This document shows, in pieces, positions 30,002 through 39,994 of a DNA stretch of 64,000 bases (its first letter is position 1; every line of letters starts with the position of its first letter). The position numbers were made by a program, and so were the translations under genes. A model generated the notes under the pieces. It saw only the letters and a program-made list of their open reading frames with translations, was not told where the DNA came from and did no database searches. Origin of the DNA: Halorarum halobium (GTDB lineage: Archaea; Halobacteriota; Halobacteria; Halobacteriales; Haloferacaceae); the NCBI RefSeq assembly GCF_032116555.1, contig NZ_CP134949.1, forward strand, positions 2,666,001 through 2,730,000, read 5' to 3'.

Positions 30002-31309
30002 TCATGGCCAGAGCCCACGTGCTTCGTGGGCCTCGGCGATACGTGAGAGCGCAACGATGTACGCAGCATCTCGCCAGGTCACATCTCGGCGCTCGAACTC
30101 GGATCGAACCGCATCCCAGGCAGCTTGCATCTCCGCTTCGAGTTCCTCGTTCACTCGTTTGAGCGACCACGCTCGACGATTGATGTCCTGAAGCCACTCG
30201 AAGTAGCTCACCGTGACCCCACCGGCGTTGGCCAGAATATCGGGAATTACTGCGACTTCCCGCTCGGCGAGGATTGAATCTGCCGTGGACGTCGTCGGAC
30301 CGTTCGCACCTTCGATGACGTAATCCGCGGCGATTGCTTCCGCGTTCTCTTTGGTGATCACGTTCCCCAGCGCAGCGGGAATGAGGACGTCGACGTCGAG
30401 TGTGAGCAACTCATCGTTCGAAATGACGGTGTCAGCATACGTTGTGACGGCCTCTGGTTCTTCATCGTGCGACGGAACGGAGGCTGTATCGATCCCGTCT
30501 GGCTCGTACATCGCCCCGTTCACGTCGCTGATCGCGACGACGGTCGCACCCCGGTCATCGAGCAGGCGGGCTGCATTCGCACCGACGCTCCCGTACCCCT
30601 GAACTGCGACCCTCGTCTCCTCGAGGTGGCGATCGTAGTACTCGCAGACCAGCTGCGTGATAATCGCGACACTTCGTCCAGGGGCCTCTTCACGGCCTTT
30701 ACTTCCACCGACGACCGGCGGCTTCCCGGTGACGACGCCCGGCGTCGTTTCGCCCTCCTGCATCGAATACGCGTCCATCAACCACGCCATCGTCTGCGGG
30801 TTCGTCCCCATGTCGGGGGCGGGAATGTCCTGGTTGGGACCGATGACGTCACGAAGCTCCTGTGCGAACCGTCGGGTGAGCCGCTCCGTTTCCACTGTGC
30901 TCAACTCCTTCGGATTGACAGCAACACCGCCTTTGGCCCCACCGAATGGGAGATTCATCACGGCACACTTCCAGGTCATCCACATACCGAGCCCAACACA
31001 CTCGTCTCTGGTCACGTCGGGGTGGTATCGCAGACCACCTTTATATGGGCCTCTGACGCTGTCGTGCTGGGCTCGATAGCCGGTGAACACCTCGACCGTC
31101 CCGTCATCTCGCTCGATTGGGATCGTCACCTCGTGGACGTTTTTCGGATGGTTGAGCCGTTCGACGATGTTCTGGTCGATATCGAGATGGGTGGCAGCGT
31201 GGTACAGCTGACGGCGGGCCGTTTCGAGTGCCGATTCCGATTCAGTCGATTCTGTCGACGCATCGCCCGACTCGTCGGGGGCGCGATCGGGATTCGTTGA
31301 CATGGTCAC
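30002..31309 (-). CDS. gdh: Glutamate dehydrogenase (Glu/Leu/Phe/Val dehydrogenase family)
   Basis: [58 protein letters not shown]; start GTG 31309 or ATG 31303. Confidence 0.95.
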   Translation of the reverse strand: MTMSTNPDRAPDESGDASTESTESESALETARRQLYHAATHLDIDQNIVERLNHPKNVHEVTIPIERDDGTVEVFTGYRAQHDSVRGPYKGGLRYHPDVTRDECVGLGMWMTWKCAVMNLPFGGAKGGVAVNPKELSTVETERLTRRFAQELRDVIGPNQDIPAPDMGTNPQTMAWLMDAYSMQEGETTPGVVTGKPPVVGGSKGREEAPGRSVAIITQLVCEYYDRHLEETRVAVQGYGSVGANAARLLDDRGATVVAISDVNGAMYEPDGIDTASVPSHDEEPEAVTTYADTVISNDELLTLDVDVLIPAALGNVITKENAEAIAADYVIEGANGPTTSTADSILAEREVAVIPDILANAGGVTVSYFEWLQDINRRAWSLKRVNEELEAEMQAAWDAVRSEFERRDVTWRDAAYIVALSRIAEAHEARGLWP

Positions 31310-31449
31310 TCAAGCGGCGTCCGGCGATTTCGCATCGGACCGCTACAGTTGGGACACTGGCCAGGGTTATCCTCGGCGATGATGATATTGCCACATCCAA
31401 AGCACTCGTACGGTGTTCCGTCGTCGGGTTCAGGGTCGACATCTCTCAT
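31306..31449 (-). CDS. 47-aa rubredoxin-like CxxC...CPxC micro-protein (not in the ORF track)
   Basis: Hand translation [47 protein letters not shown]; stop overlaps the gdh GTG. Confidence 0.8.
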   Translation of the reverse strand: MRDVDPEPDDGTPYECFGCGNIIIAEDNPGQCPNCSGPMRNRRTPLE

Positions 31450-31562
31450 TGTGAGTCCACGAGTGCCAGCACGCAGATCAGGGCACTCTGAATACAGGTA
31501 ATAAGTATATAAGGGAATATCCGGTCGTTTTTCACCAAACCGCCTTCTATATTGGTGGTTTG

Positions 31563-34445
31563 TTATTCAACCCTTCCAGCAGCGGCCGCGATGGGGACGC
31601 TGTTTTCCTCAAAAAGTGTCGCAAACAATTTGCGCTGGACCGTCCGAGCGTGCGTATAGAACGCAGGTGGCGAGATATCGAGCGTCTCCGCAACCTCCTC
31701 ACCGGTACGCTCGCGTGGCGACTCGAAATACCCACTGTAGTATGCCGTCTGGATCACTTCCAGTTGTCGCTCGGTCAGCTTTTCGAGGAACGTCGAGTGG
31801 AGGTCGTGTTCTACGGTCTGATCGAGCGTCTGTTTGGCGCGAAGTTCTACAGTAGAGAACGTCTCACGGACGAGGTGGGTGATCGTCCGGACATCAATAC
31901 TGTCCGGAATATCGATGACGAGTGTCGTCGTGGTCGGATCAGCGGTCGCCTCACGGAAGACGGCCCCGTGATCGGCCAATTCCAGGGCGAGAAACGGCTG
32001 AGTGAGGCGGAGACGCAAGACACCGCCGTCCCCATCAGTACTGATCTGTTGGACGTCATCGATGGCGTTCAGCTGCGAGGCGACTTCTGTGACGTTATCC
32101 AGAGATTCACCTTCGACGGTGACGAACACGTAACTTCCCTCTGTGGATTGCCGGACTCCGCCCTGATATGAGAGTGTGCACGCTGCGTCCTGTGCCAGCC
32201 GTGAGAGGACGAACGCCGGATCATCGATGGCGAACTCGATACGCGTCATCGATGTCGTGAGTAGCGCATTCTTCCGCTCGATCGCACTGAGTGCGGATGC
32301 GATGGTCTCGCCAAGTTCGGCAAGGACGGCCTTCGTCGTGTCATCGAACGCGTCTTGCGTCGGAGCGTAGACCGTCAAGATGCCGTGCGTGAGGTCGTTG
32401 TACATGAGGGGGATGCTCAATAGGGAAAGATAGTCGCGAGCGAGTGCGTCCTTCCGCCACGGTTCGTCGCGGAGTCCTGCGGCGACGTTCCTCACGATCG
32501 TCACGTCGCCAGTCGCCGCTGCTTGTCCGGCTGGCTCTGTCCCTGATCCCTCGGTGGCGAACGACTGGCTATCCAGGTATCCCTGTTCGCTTCCTGCCCA
32601 GGCCCGTGGGTCGACACTATCGGTCGTCGGATCAACCGTGCCGATCCAGGCGAACCTGAACCGGTCATCGGCAGTCAGCAGCTCGCAGACTGTATGGTTG
32701 ACCTCCTCCCGCGTCTCGGCTTGGACGAGTGCTTGATCGATCTCTCGAATCGTCTCGTTGATGCGATTCAGGGAGGTGAGCTGTTCGTTCTGCTGCTGGA
32801 GTGTACGGTCCTGTTCGCGGAGTCGGGATTCCCGCGTAACGCGGTCGAGCGCTGCTTCGGCGGTTGCCGCGAGCAGATCGGCCAGTTCCCGCGTCACATC
32901 GTCGAAGACGCCAACCTGATCCGAGCCAGCGACGAACACGCCGTGGTTGCCAAGCGGGATGTAGGTCGCACTGCGAAGGTCAGTCGCCCGGTTATCGAGC
33001 CGGTCTGCTTCGTGGACATCATCGAAGAATAGCGCTTTGTCCTCGACGAAGCTATAACTCGGAAGGGTCGTGCCGTCGGCGTGAACGGTTGGAAGCGGTC
33101 CATTGAGTTCTTTCATCGTCGCCGTCTGTGCAGTAGGGCGAAGGTCGTTGGCATCGGCATCGAAGAGATAGACCGCACTTGCATCCAAATTGAGGACGCC
33201 GGATGTATCGTCGACGACGTGCTGGGCGATTTCCTGGTGAGTCTCGGCATAGAGGAAATCCCGAGCGGTTCCCTGGAGGGTTGCAAGCGCCTCCTCACGT
33301 TGCTTTCGTTTCGTAATATCCCGACAGCTGAAGAGGAGCGTTCCGTCCTGAATCGAGACCTCTCGAACGTTAACGAGGAGCGTGTGTTCGCGACCCGCTT
33401 TGTCCGTTGCCGTGGTTTCGATGTTCTTGAGGACGCCGCCAGCCGCGAGTTCGTCACGGTCGAACAGATCTTCACCGAGGAGGTCGTCGATTGTCCCCTG
33501 CTCGTGAATCTCGTCAGCTGTGTAGCCGAAGATGAAGTGGACGTTTGGACAGACGTAGGTGTACTCGCCGGATTCGTCCGTGATGAGGACGGTGTCTGTC
33601 ATATTGTTGAGCGTGACGCGATGGAGTTCCTCTGACTGACGGAGATCGCGTTCGAGGTCAACGCGCTGAGTAATGTCGACACCATCGACGACGATCGAGA
33701 CCAGATCCCCGCGTTCGTTCTCGACCGGTCGCACGGACAGATCGATGACGCGCGGGTCCTCGACGTGTGATGGCTGCTGGACGACCGCGTTGCCGAACGT
33801 TCCGCCGAGTGCGTTCTCCACGATGTGTCGAATGTCTGCGTTCGTCGCACCAGCCTCTGCCCACCACGGAAGTGTCCAGAATGGCTCGCCGACGATCGTT
33901 TCGACGTCTTCATCGACCATCTCCCGTGCTGTTTCGTTCACCCGAGCGAGTGAGCCATCGGGGTCAAGCACCCACGTCGCGGTCCGCGAATCACTGAAGA
34001 TCGCGTCGAACTGTCTGGCCCGCTCCCGTTGGGTGTCCGACCGCTGTGCGGATCTGACGGCACGTTCGGTTCGTTCGATGAGTTCATCGGTCATCCCTTC
34101 TGGCGGGTCCGTGAGCGCGATGTAATCGGTGACACCTGCTTCGATAGCTTCGCTGGCGATGGTTTCATTCCCGGCAGCAGTACCGAGTAGTACTGGTAGC
34201 GCAGTCGTTTCCTCGCGGATCTCTCTGAGGAGTTCGAGTCCGGTCGTCTCTTCAAGCGAGTAGTCGCTGATGAGACAGTCTGAGGTCCCCTTCCGGACGA
34301 TGTCAATTGCCTCCGCCTTGGTTCCAACCGAATGTACGGTGGCGCCAGTCCGTGTCTCGAGCGTCGCTGCGAAGTGCGTGATCCAGTCGTTCGTTCCGAC
34401 GAGCAGCACCGTCGACGAATTGAGAACGGGGGGAGATGAACCCAT
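31563..34445 (-). CDS. Bacterio-opsin-activator-like regulator (REC-PAS-PAS-GAF-GAF-HTH10)
   Basis: ISDYSL receiver-like domain, PAS/GAF segments, C-terminal LTERQLEVIQTAYYSGYFESPRERTGEEVAETLDIS; likely ATG 34445. Confidence 0.9.
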   Translation of the reverse strand: MGSSPPVLNSSTVLLVGTNDWITHFAATLETRTGATVHSVGTKAEAIDIVRKGTSDCLISDYSLEETTGLELLREIREETTALPVLLGTAAGNETIASEAIEAGVTDYIALTDPPEGMTDELIERTERAVRSAQRSDTQRERARQFDAIFSDSRTATWVLDPDGSLARVNETAREMVDEDVETIVGEPFWTLPWWAEAGATNADIRHIVENALGGTFGNAVVQQPSHVEDPRVIDLSVRPVENERGDLVSIVVDGVDITQRVDLERDLRQSEELHRVTLNNMTDTVLITDESGEYTYVCPNVHFIFGYTADEIHEQGTIDDLLGEDLFDRDELAAGGVLKNIETTATDKAGREHTLLVNVREVSIQDGTLLFSCRDITKRKQREEALATLQGTARDFLYAETHQEIAQHVVDDTSGVLNLDASAVYLFDADANDLRPTAQTATMKELNGPLPTVHADGTTLPSYSFVEDKALFFDDVHEADRLDNRATDLRSATYIPLGNHGVFVAGSDQVGVFDDVTRELADLLAATAEAALDRVTRESRLREQDRTLQQQNEQLTSLNRINETIREIDQALVQAETREEVNHTVCELLTADDRFRFAWIGTVDPTTDSVDPRAWAGSEQGYLDSQSFATEGSGTEPAGQAAATGDVTIVRNVAAGLRDEPWRKDALARDYLSLLSIPLMYNDLTHGILTVYAPTQDAFDDTTKAVLAELGETIASALSAIERKNALLTTSMTRIEFAIDDPAFVLSRLAQDAACTLSYQGGVRQSTEGSYVFVTVEGESLDNVTEVASQLNAIDDVQQISTDGDGGVLRLRLTQPFLALELADHGAVFREATADPTTTTLVIDIPDSIDVRTITHLVRETFSTVELRAKQTLDQTVEHDLHSTFLEKLTERQLEVIQTAYYSGYFESPRERTGEEVAETLDISPPAFYTHARTVQRKLFATLFEENSVPIAAAAGRVE

Positions 34446-34989
34446 TATCTGAACACAGTGGTACAGCGAACGCTTCTCTCGGTATCGATTCGAGCTTGCC
34501 TCCAGCTCAGCTGCTGGCCCAGGCTGGAATGCACGTTCATGGCTAGTCAACTATCAAACCATCCAGTGACAAAGGTGTTTGCTATCTAACCCCTAGAGAC
34601 GTGGGAGGGATCCGTGAGGTGGAACCGTGACTATCGAGACTCGTCACGGTTGACCGACTCTTCCCGAGTTCTACATCCCGCCTTCCGATCATACGTTCGT
34701 CGACGACTCCATCGATAGTCGGATGAACGCGACAAATCAGTACGGGAATCCCACTTCACCAGCGATCGCTACACTGGAGGAATTCGATTCGAATACCCAC
34801 GAATCAGGTGTATTCAGACCTGAGCAGGGGATCGTCAGAGTGGTGTAGGGGTGCTCATCGGGATTGTCATCGTGGAGATGATTGATGAGGGCCACGAACT
34901 TCTCTACAAGTACCCATCTGAATCTGCGGACCGCGCGGCATAATATGGAGTAGAAAGACTCCACTCTCTCAAGTTGTCGCCAGTCGTGG

Positions 34990-36117
34990 CTATAGTTCGA
35001 GTCGGTAGATGTTCTCTCGGTATAGCTCCTCGATATCTTCGAAGTATGCGTGAAGATAGGCGTTCATCCCGCGGGCGTTTTCATACGCGCCGGTTCGATC
35101 ACCACGCATGTATTTCACCAACTGCCGATTCACGTCCTGTTCGACCCGCCAGTAGGTCGTAAATCGGTGCCGTCCGAAATGACTCGTCAACGAACGATGC
35201 TCGTCCGTCTCAGCGTACTCGGGATGGAAGGCATCCTTCCAGATCTCGTTGACACCCTGGCTGGTCATCTGTGTGTGGCTCTTCAACGAGAGGAATACCC
35301 ACGGTTCCCCATTGTCCGGGCGAACGAGGAGATAGCGATTCAGCACCGCTCGCAGTTCCGCATCGAGCGGGAGTAATCGAGGGCGACTGGACTTGTTCCC
35401 ATCCCGCTCATCTCTCGTCGGAACGTACAGAACGTTCGTATACTCCTGCAGACGGTCGTGTGTTCCCACCTCGGGAAGATACCGTGTGGCTTCAGCGTCG
35501 TCCAGATGGACGTCGCACAGTCGCATGTTCGTAATCTCACCTGCGCGAAGTCCGAGTTTCAGTTGAAGTGCGATCAGCGTCCGTGCCCGAAGATTCGGGA
35601 CTGCCTCCATCATCTCCCGTAACTCCGGAATGGGAATTCTGCGATGCTCCTTTTCCTTTGTGACCGGGAGTGGAACCCGTGCTCTGGCGAGGTAAATCGG
35701 GTTATACCCATCCGGATGGGGGAAGGTTGCGTCCTGTTGCCAGTACCGATACGCGTGGTTCAGTTTGCGGAGTTTCTCCGTGGCCGTCCGATTGACGTTT
35801 CCCTTTCCTCCCTCCGACTCGGCTGCAGTCTGCCACTCGATAAACGCCTCGACGTGTTCGACATTCGGACAGGCAGGATGACGCCCCTGTCTGGCCATGT
35901 AGTCTCTCCACTCTGTGAAGACCAGCTCGTAATGGCGCTCAGTTGCGGGAGCAAGCTCGCGCTGGGCGAGTACTTCCGCTTCGAAGAGTTCGAACGGGTC
36001 AATTTCAGTTTCCTCGAACACAGCAGCAGCCTCTGCAAGTGGGTCGACGGGCTGCTCGAAGGCTGCTGCCAGTTCCCGACGCTGATCCCGAATGTCATCA
36101 TCGGAGTTGTCACTCAT
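34990..36117 (-). CDS. Tyrosine recombinase/integrase (haloarchaeal RGD-type)
   Basis: Catalytic motifs GLRAGE (R), GNKSSRPR (K), SHFGRHRFTT (HxxR), YMRGD, AYLH (Y); ATG 36117. Confidence 0.92.
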   Translation of the reverse strand: MSDNSDDDIRDQRRELAAAFEQPVDPLAEAAAVFEETEIDPFELFEAEVLAQRELAPATERHYELVFTEWRDYMARQGRHPACPNVEHVEAFIEWQTAAESEGGKGNVNRTATEKLRKLNHAYRYWQQDATFPHPDGYNPIYLARARVPLPVTKEKEHRRIPIPELREMMEAVPNLRARTLIALQLKLGLRAGEITNMRLCDVHLDDAEATRYLPEVGTHDRLQEYTNVLYVPTRDERDGNKSSRPRLLPLDAELRAVLNRYLLVRPDNGEPWVFLSLKSHTQMTSQGVNEIWKDAFHPEYAETDEHRSLTSHFGRHRFTTYWRVEQDVNRQLVKYMRGDRTGAYENARGMNAYLHAYFEDIEELYRENIYRLEL

Positions 36118-36601
36118 CCTTGGTCCCCCTCGCTTTGGCTTTTCGCCACTTCCGGAGTTTCTCCTCCCAGATCTGGCCCGTCGCATCACCCGTCACGACG
36201 GCGATGAGGACGGGATCGTAGACGTGTGGGTGATCTACGTGCCAAGTGAGCCATTCGTAGAACCGTTTGATTCGGACCCAGTAGTTGTACGCCGTCGACA
36301 TGGACTTGTCTGAAACGAGCGTTTCAGACCACGCCTCGACATCTGCGGGCGTTGCAAGCACATGGTGTCGCCCTCGGGTGGCCATGTGTGTCAGCCAGTT
36401 GTCACCCACCCGGTCAACCTCACGAAGAAAGGTAGCTGATGAGCCCTGCTCGTACTCGTATTCCTCACAGAATTCAGCCCAGACGTCGCGGTCTTCGTAC
36501 GTCTCGGCGTATCGTTCGAGTCTGTGGTGCGCGGGTACGTCTTCGAGTCGCTTGTAGACGCCCATCCGATCTGTCACGTCTTGAGATTTCGTTCGGTTCA
36601 T
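36110..36601 (-). CDS. Integrase-associated protein resembling the integrase N-terminal (core-binding) domain, with no catalytic domain
   Basis: ATG 36601; WLTHMATRGRHH..ADVEAW and HPHVYDPVLIA match WRDYMARQGRHP..EHVEAF and FPHPDGYNPIYLA of the adjacent integrase. Confidence 0.7.
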   Translation of the reverse strand: MNRTKSQDVTDRMGVYKRLEDVPAHHRLERYAETYEDRDVWAEFCEEYEYEQGSSATFLREVDRVGDNWLTHMATRGRHHVLATPADVEAWSETLVSDKSMSTAYNYWVRIKRFYEWLTWHVDHPHVYDPVLIAVVTGDATGQIWEEKLRKWRKAKARGTKDE

Positions 36602-36620
36602 GCACGTACGGCTCCCAGTT

Positions 36621-36647
36621 GGTCGCCGTCGCCCGTCGACGGCGACC
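36621..36647. promoter_or_regulatory. Perfect 11-bp hairpin 20 nt upstream of the integrase-module start
   Basis: ggtcgccgtcg-cccgt-cgacggcgacc followed by gcaaaaac. Confidence 0.55.
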
Positions 36648-37019
36648 GCAAAAACTGCTCGTGCTGGGGTCACACCAACTCGATCCGCAGTGGGGGGCAA
36701 GCTCCCATGATTCGGGCGCTCCGGGTTGTCCACCTGTGGACTGGCTAGCCACTGATGGGAGAGATGTCAATTGCTGAGGAGAATTCGAAATAGTATCCAG
36801 GTACTATGCAGATAGAGACCAGCTCCTTCCGTGAACGGTAATTCATGCCGGGTATTATGGTAATCACTAGTAATCTCTTGTGTACTATACAAAAATAATA
36901 TATCCCCCAACCTGCGTTGCTGGACGTGAGATGGTTCATCGTGCCGTGGTCGGTAACGGGGAGGTTACGAGCAGCCACCACTCCGTCCGGCGCGAGTTCC
37001 ATCCGTCCACCGTCAGATA

Positions 37020-37430
37020 ATGATACCTAGTGTAGCGTCGAGGAACTCTGTATTCGATGTAATCCGTATCGCCCGGCCGTCCATCGCTCGACTCTCAAGT
37101 GGGCTCTTCGTCCTCTGTCTCGCCGCAGTCGATCCTGTGGCAGCCCAGGAGAGTGCCGTCTGTGCAGCGGATCGACTTCCCGAGATGATCACCGGGTTCT
37201 TTCAGTTGACGACCGGGCTCGGCCTCGTCGGGCTCGTCGTCGTCTGGCAGGGCGATTCACTCGTCGAGATGTTCACCCTCCATCGGGAGCAGCGCGAGGG
37301 GATCAAACGGCACAAACGAACGGCGCTCAAGTCCGCAGTCGTGCTGGTGATCCTGGGGCCGCTCTACACTGTCGCCGGCTCGATGATGAACCTCCCACTG
37401 GCGAGCTGTATCGATCTCGTCCCCTGGTGA
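37020..37430 (+). CDS. VirB2/TrbC-like conjugative pilin candidate
   Basis: Signal-like N-terminus (..PVAAQ) then two hydrophobic helices split by a basic loop; first gene of the VirB4 cluster; start uncertain. Confidence 0.5.
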   Translation: MIPSVASRNSVFDVIRIARPSIARLSSGLFVLCLAAVDPVAAQESAVCAADRLPEMITGFFQLTTGLGLVGLVVVWQGDSLVEMFTLHREQREGIKRHKRTALKSAVVLVILGPLYTVAGSMMNLPLASCIDLVPW

Positions 37431-37446
37431 CGTTCATTCGAAGGCT

Positions 37447-39180
37447 GTGTGCCGACCCTACGCTCAGATCGCGCTCATCCTTGTCGTCACCATGAGCATG
37501 GTCTCGCTCGGGGTCAGCGCACAGGATGGGAGTCGATCGGGAATGCAGCCGAACGCTCCGCTCGATGAATCCGAAGTCGCTTCGCTCTGGTCCATGGATT
37601 CTGATCGCTGTGCGCAGCCGGCTGAGACGATCGCCGAAGCCACGACATCCAGCGATATCCAGCAACTCGCTGCCTGTACGGACATCACGTTCAAACGCCC
37701 ACCAGATACGGCGGCGAGATGGACAGCACATGACTTTTCGGATCTGAAACCCGGAAATTCGTCTACCTCCGTATATCCCCCGGGTGCAACGCTCACCGAC
37801 GCAGGGACGATTGCAGATGCACACGCGTCGATGTTCTCGGTACAGCCCTCGACGAGACTCCATCGTGGCGTGAACGATGAGCCACTGTACATCGCTCCCG
37901 CGGGTACGGTCAGAGCACTCATCGACTATCGGGTGCGTGTGCCGGCACTCGAATCGACGCCGAACGGGACGCGCTCGTGGACACTCACCAGCACCGGGGT
38001 GAGTGAGGTTCGATTACTCCGGGATGGGGAGCTCATCGCGGATTCGGCTGGCTCACAGACGCCACTCTTCCGGTACGAAACGACCGGGGCCGGTCCGGCC
38101 AACCTCACCGTCGAGGCGGACATTCGAGTGACACTCAGGGGGACAGCGTCGGTAGCTGGAGAGAATCAGACACGGATAACGACCACAGTCGAGATGGTCA
38201 CCGTCTCAGACACGATTCCGGTCATCGTCTACGAACCGACGATCAGCCAGTACACCGCCCGCTATCCGACTGGTGAGACGGGGATCGCGCTGTCTCAGTA
38301 CCAGCCGTGGCACGGCTACCACCTGGACACGCACGATGGCGAGCGCGTTCGAGGCGTCTGGCGGTATTACACCGCCCGCGATCTCGGCTGGGACGAGCTC
38401 GTCCACTCCAGGCGTACTGGTGAGACACGAGTTGCATCGGCTGCACGACCGGTCTACGTTCACGCGTATCCCTCCGAAATTGGCCCGCGAACGGAGCCTG
38501 TTCGTGACGGACCGACGCGGCTCCAGGTCTGGGGTCGGCAGACCGACTCACCCGCAGCAGGCTTCCCTGACTCCATCTCGGTCGGAGTCGTCGAGCGACC
38601 CTACACGGAATCGGCCGGGATCGCACTCCGGACGGGGACGAACGGGATCGAACGCGTTCGCGTCCTCGGGATCGTCCGCGGCGTGGATACCACAGTGGAT
38701 CTTCCACCAGCGGCGGACCGACGAAACGTTCGAGAAAGTGCGCTCACCGTCGATGTTATCTCGCAGACCGAGTCGAACGCGACGCTCCGAATCGAACTCG
38801 TGGATGCGAGAACAGGAGCGCCGATTAGACTCACAGATGAAACCGATACAGGACCCGTCGCAGTCCCGATCAACGGCGAGACTCGTGAAGGGTACGTCAC
38901 GGTCAACGGCGAGCGGGTCACAATGGACGAAGCTGGCGTCGGACGTCTCGTCGTGACTAATCCGGGGAGTTACTCCGTTCGCTACCACCCTGGCTCCTGG
39001 CTCTCACACGATCCCGCCTATACCGGAGCGACGGCGAGCGTTTCCTGGCATCCCCTCTTGACGATCACGGGGTGGGTCAACCTGCTCGTCGACGTGGTCT
39101 GGTGGTCGATCCCCTTCCTCGTCGTTCTCTTCGCTGGCATCCGTCTCGGTAGCTTCCTGAAATTCAATGAATACAGATGA
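37447..39180 (+). CDS. Secreted, C-terminally anchored protein of the transfer cluster
   Basis: N-terminal signal peptide, Thr/Val-rich beta-type body, C-terminal TM; overlaps the next gene. Confidence 0.65.
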   Translation: MCRPYAQIALILVVTMSMVSLGVSAQDGSRSGMQPNAPLDESEVASLWSMDSDRCAQPAETIAEATTSSDIQQLAACTDITFKRPPDTAARWTAHDFSDLKPGNSSTSVYPPGATLTDAGTIADAHASMFSVQPSTRLHRGVNDEPLYIAPAGTVRALIDYRVRVPALESTPNGTRSWTLTSTGVSEVRLLRDGELIADSAGSQTPLFRYETTGAGPANLTVEADIRVTLRGTASVAGENQTRITTTVEMVTVSDTIPVIVYEPTISQYTARYPTGETGIALSQYQPWHGYHLDTHDGERVRGVWRYYTARDLGWDELVHSRRTGETRVASAARPVYVHAYPSEIGPRTEPVRDGPTRLQVWGRQTDSPAAGFPDSISVGVVERPYTESAGIALRTGTNGIERVRVLGIVRGVDTTVDLPPAADRRNVRESALTVDVISQTESNATLRIELVDARTGAPIRLTDETDTGPVAVPINGETREGYVTVNGERVTMDEAGVGRLVVTNPGSYSVRYHPGSWLSHDPAYTGATASVSWHPLLTITGWVNLLVDVVWWSIPFLVVLFAGIRLGSFLKFNEYR

Positions 39181-39992
39181 ACGAACACGATTCACCAATC
39201 AACCGTCGAACCGCCCTCGGAACGATCACTGCAGCGACGCTGCTCCCCTTCACTGGCTGCACTGCCGCTGGTGACCCTCCGGACAATGAGTCAAATGCGA
39301 TCGAAGCAATCTCGACCGAAGATCTGCATCTCGTGGTCGAGTTGCGCGAGGATTCAGTCGTCGACGAACTGAGTATCGTCGACCCCGCTGGAAAGTCGTT
39401 CGCTACAGCATCGGTCGCACAGGGTGTGAGGACCGTTTCCTTCGATTTGGGCGCGACCTATCTTCCCGGTGAGTTCGGAGTGTACGCCACCCGATCAGGG
39501 ACCCAGGTAGGTGAATCCACACTCGAAATCCGTCCCGATATCCGTATCACCGACCTGAAACTCGCACGGAATCATCCAACGGAGATGTACGACGGGGCGA
39601 GTGAATACTCAATTGCATCGGAGGCAATTGTCACTGTAGAGAACTTTGGAACTGGGCCTGATGCCATCACAAACCTCCGGTTTGTGGGAGATGTACCGTA
39701 TCCTGATTCAGAACTCTTTGAAGAAAGTGGGATTTACGATACTCAGAGCGAACATGGCGGGAACCGTGAGCAGGTCCAAATTTCCTCTGAACAGGAACTC
39801 GTCCTATTCAGCTCCTCCCATCCGTTCTCGCCTGCGGCTGATGACGAGTATTGTCGACGCAGTCTCGACGATGGCAGCTTCACCGTTGAAGTAGATTCAC
39901 ATCTCACAAATACTCCGGTCAAAACAAGGTTCGAGATTAGCTTTAGAGGAAGAAGCGGAGATGACTGCGATATCACCATCTCTGAGGTTTAA
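39177..39992 (+). CDS. Tat lipoprotein of the transfer cluster
   Basis: NRRTALG...FTGC lipobox; acidic beta-rich body. Confidence 0.65.
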   Translation: MNEHDSPINRRTALGTITAATLLPFTGCTAAGDPPDNESNAIEAISTEDLHLVVELREDSVVDELSIVDPAGKSFATASVAQGVRTVSFDLGATYLPGEFGVYATRSGTQVGESTLEIRPDIRITDLKLARNHPTEMYDGASEYSIASEAIVTVENFGTGPDAITNLRFVGDVPYPDSELFEESGIYDTQSEHGGNREQVQISSEQELVLFSSSHPFSPAADDEYCRRSLDDGSFTVEVDSHLTNTPVKTRFEISFRGRSGDDCDITISEV

Positions 39993-39994
39993 TC

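Noticed and set aside
34560..34985. Short ORFs or an att site downstream of the integrase
   Set aside because: No recognisable protein motif, tRNA fragment or matching direct repeat in the window
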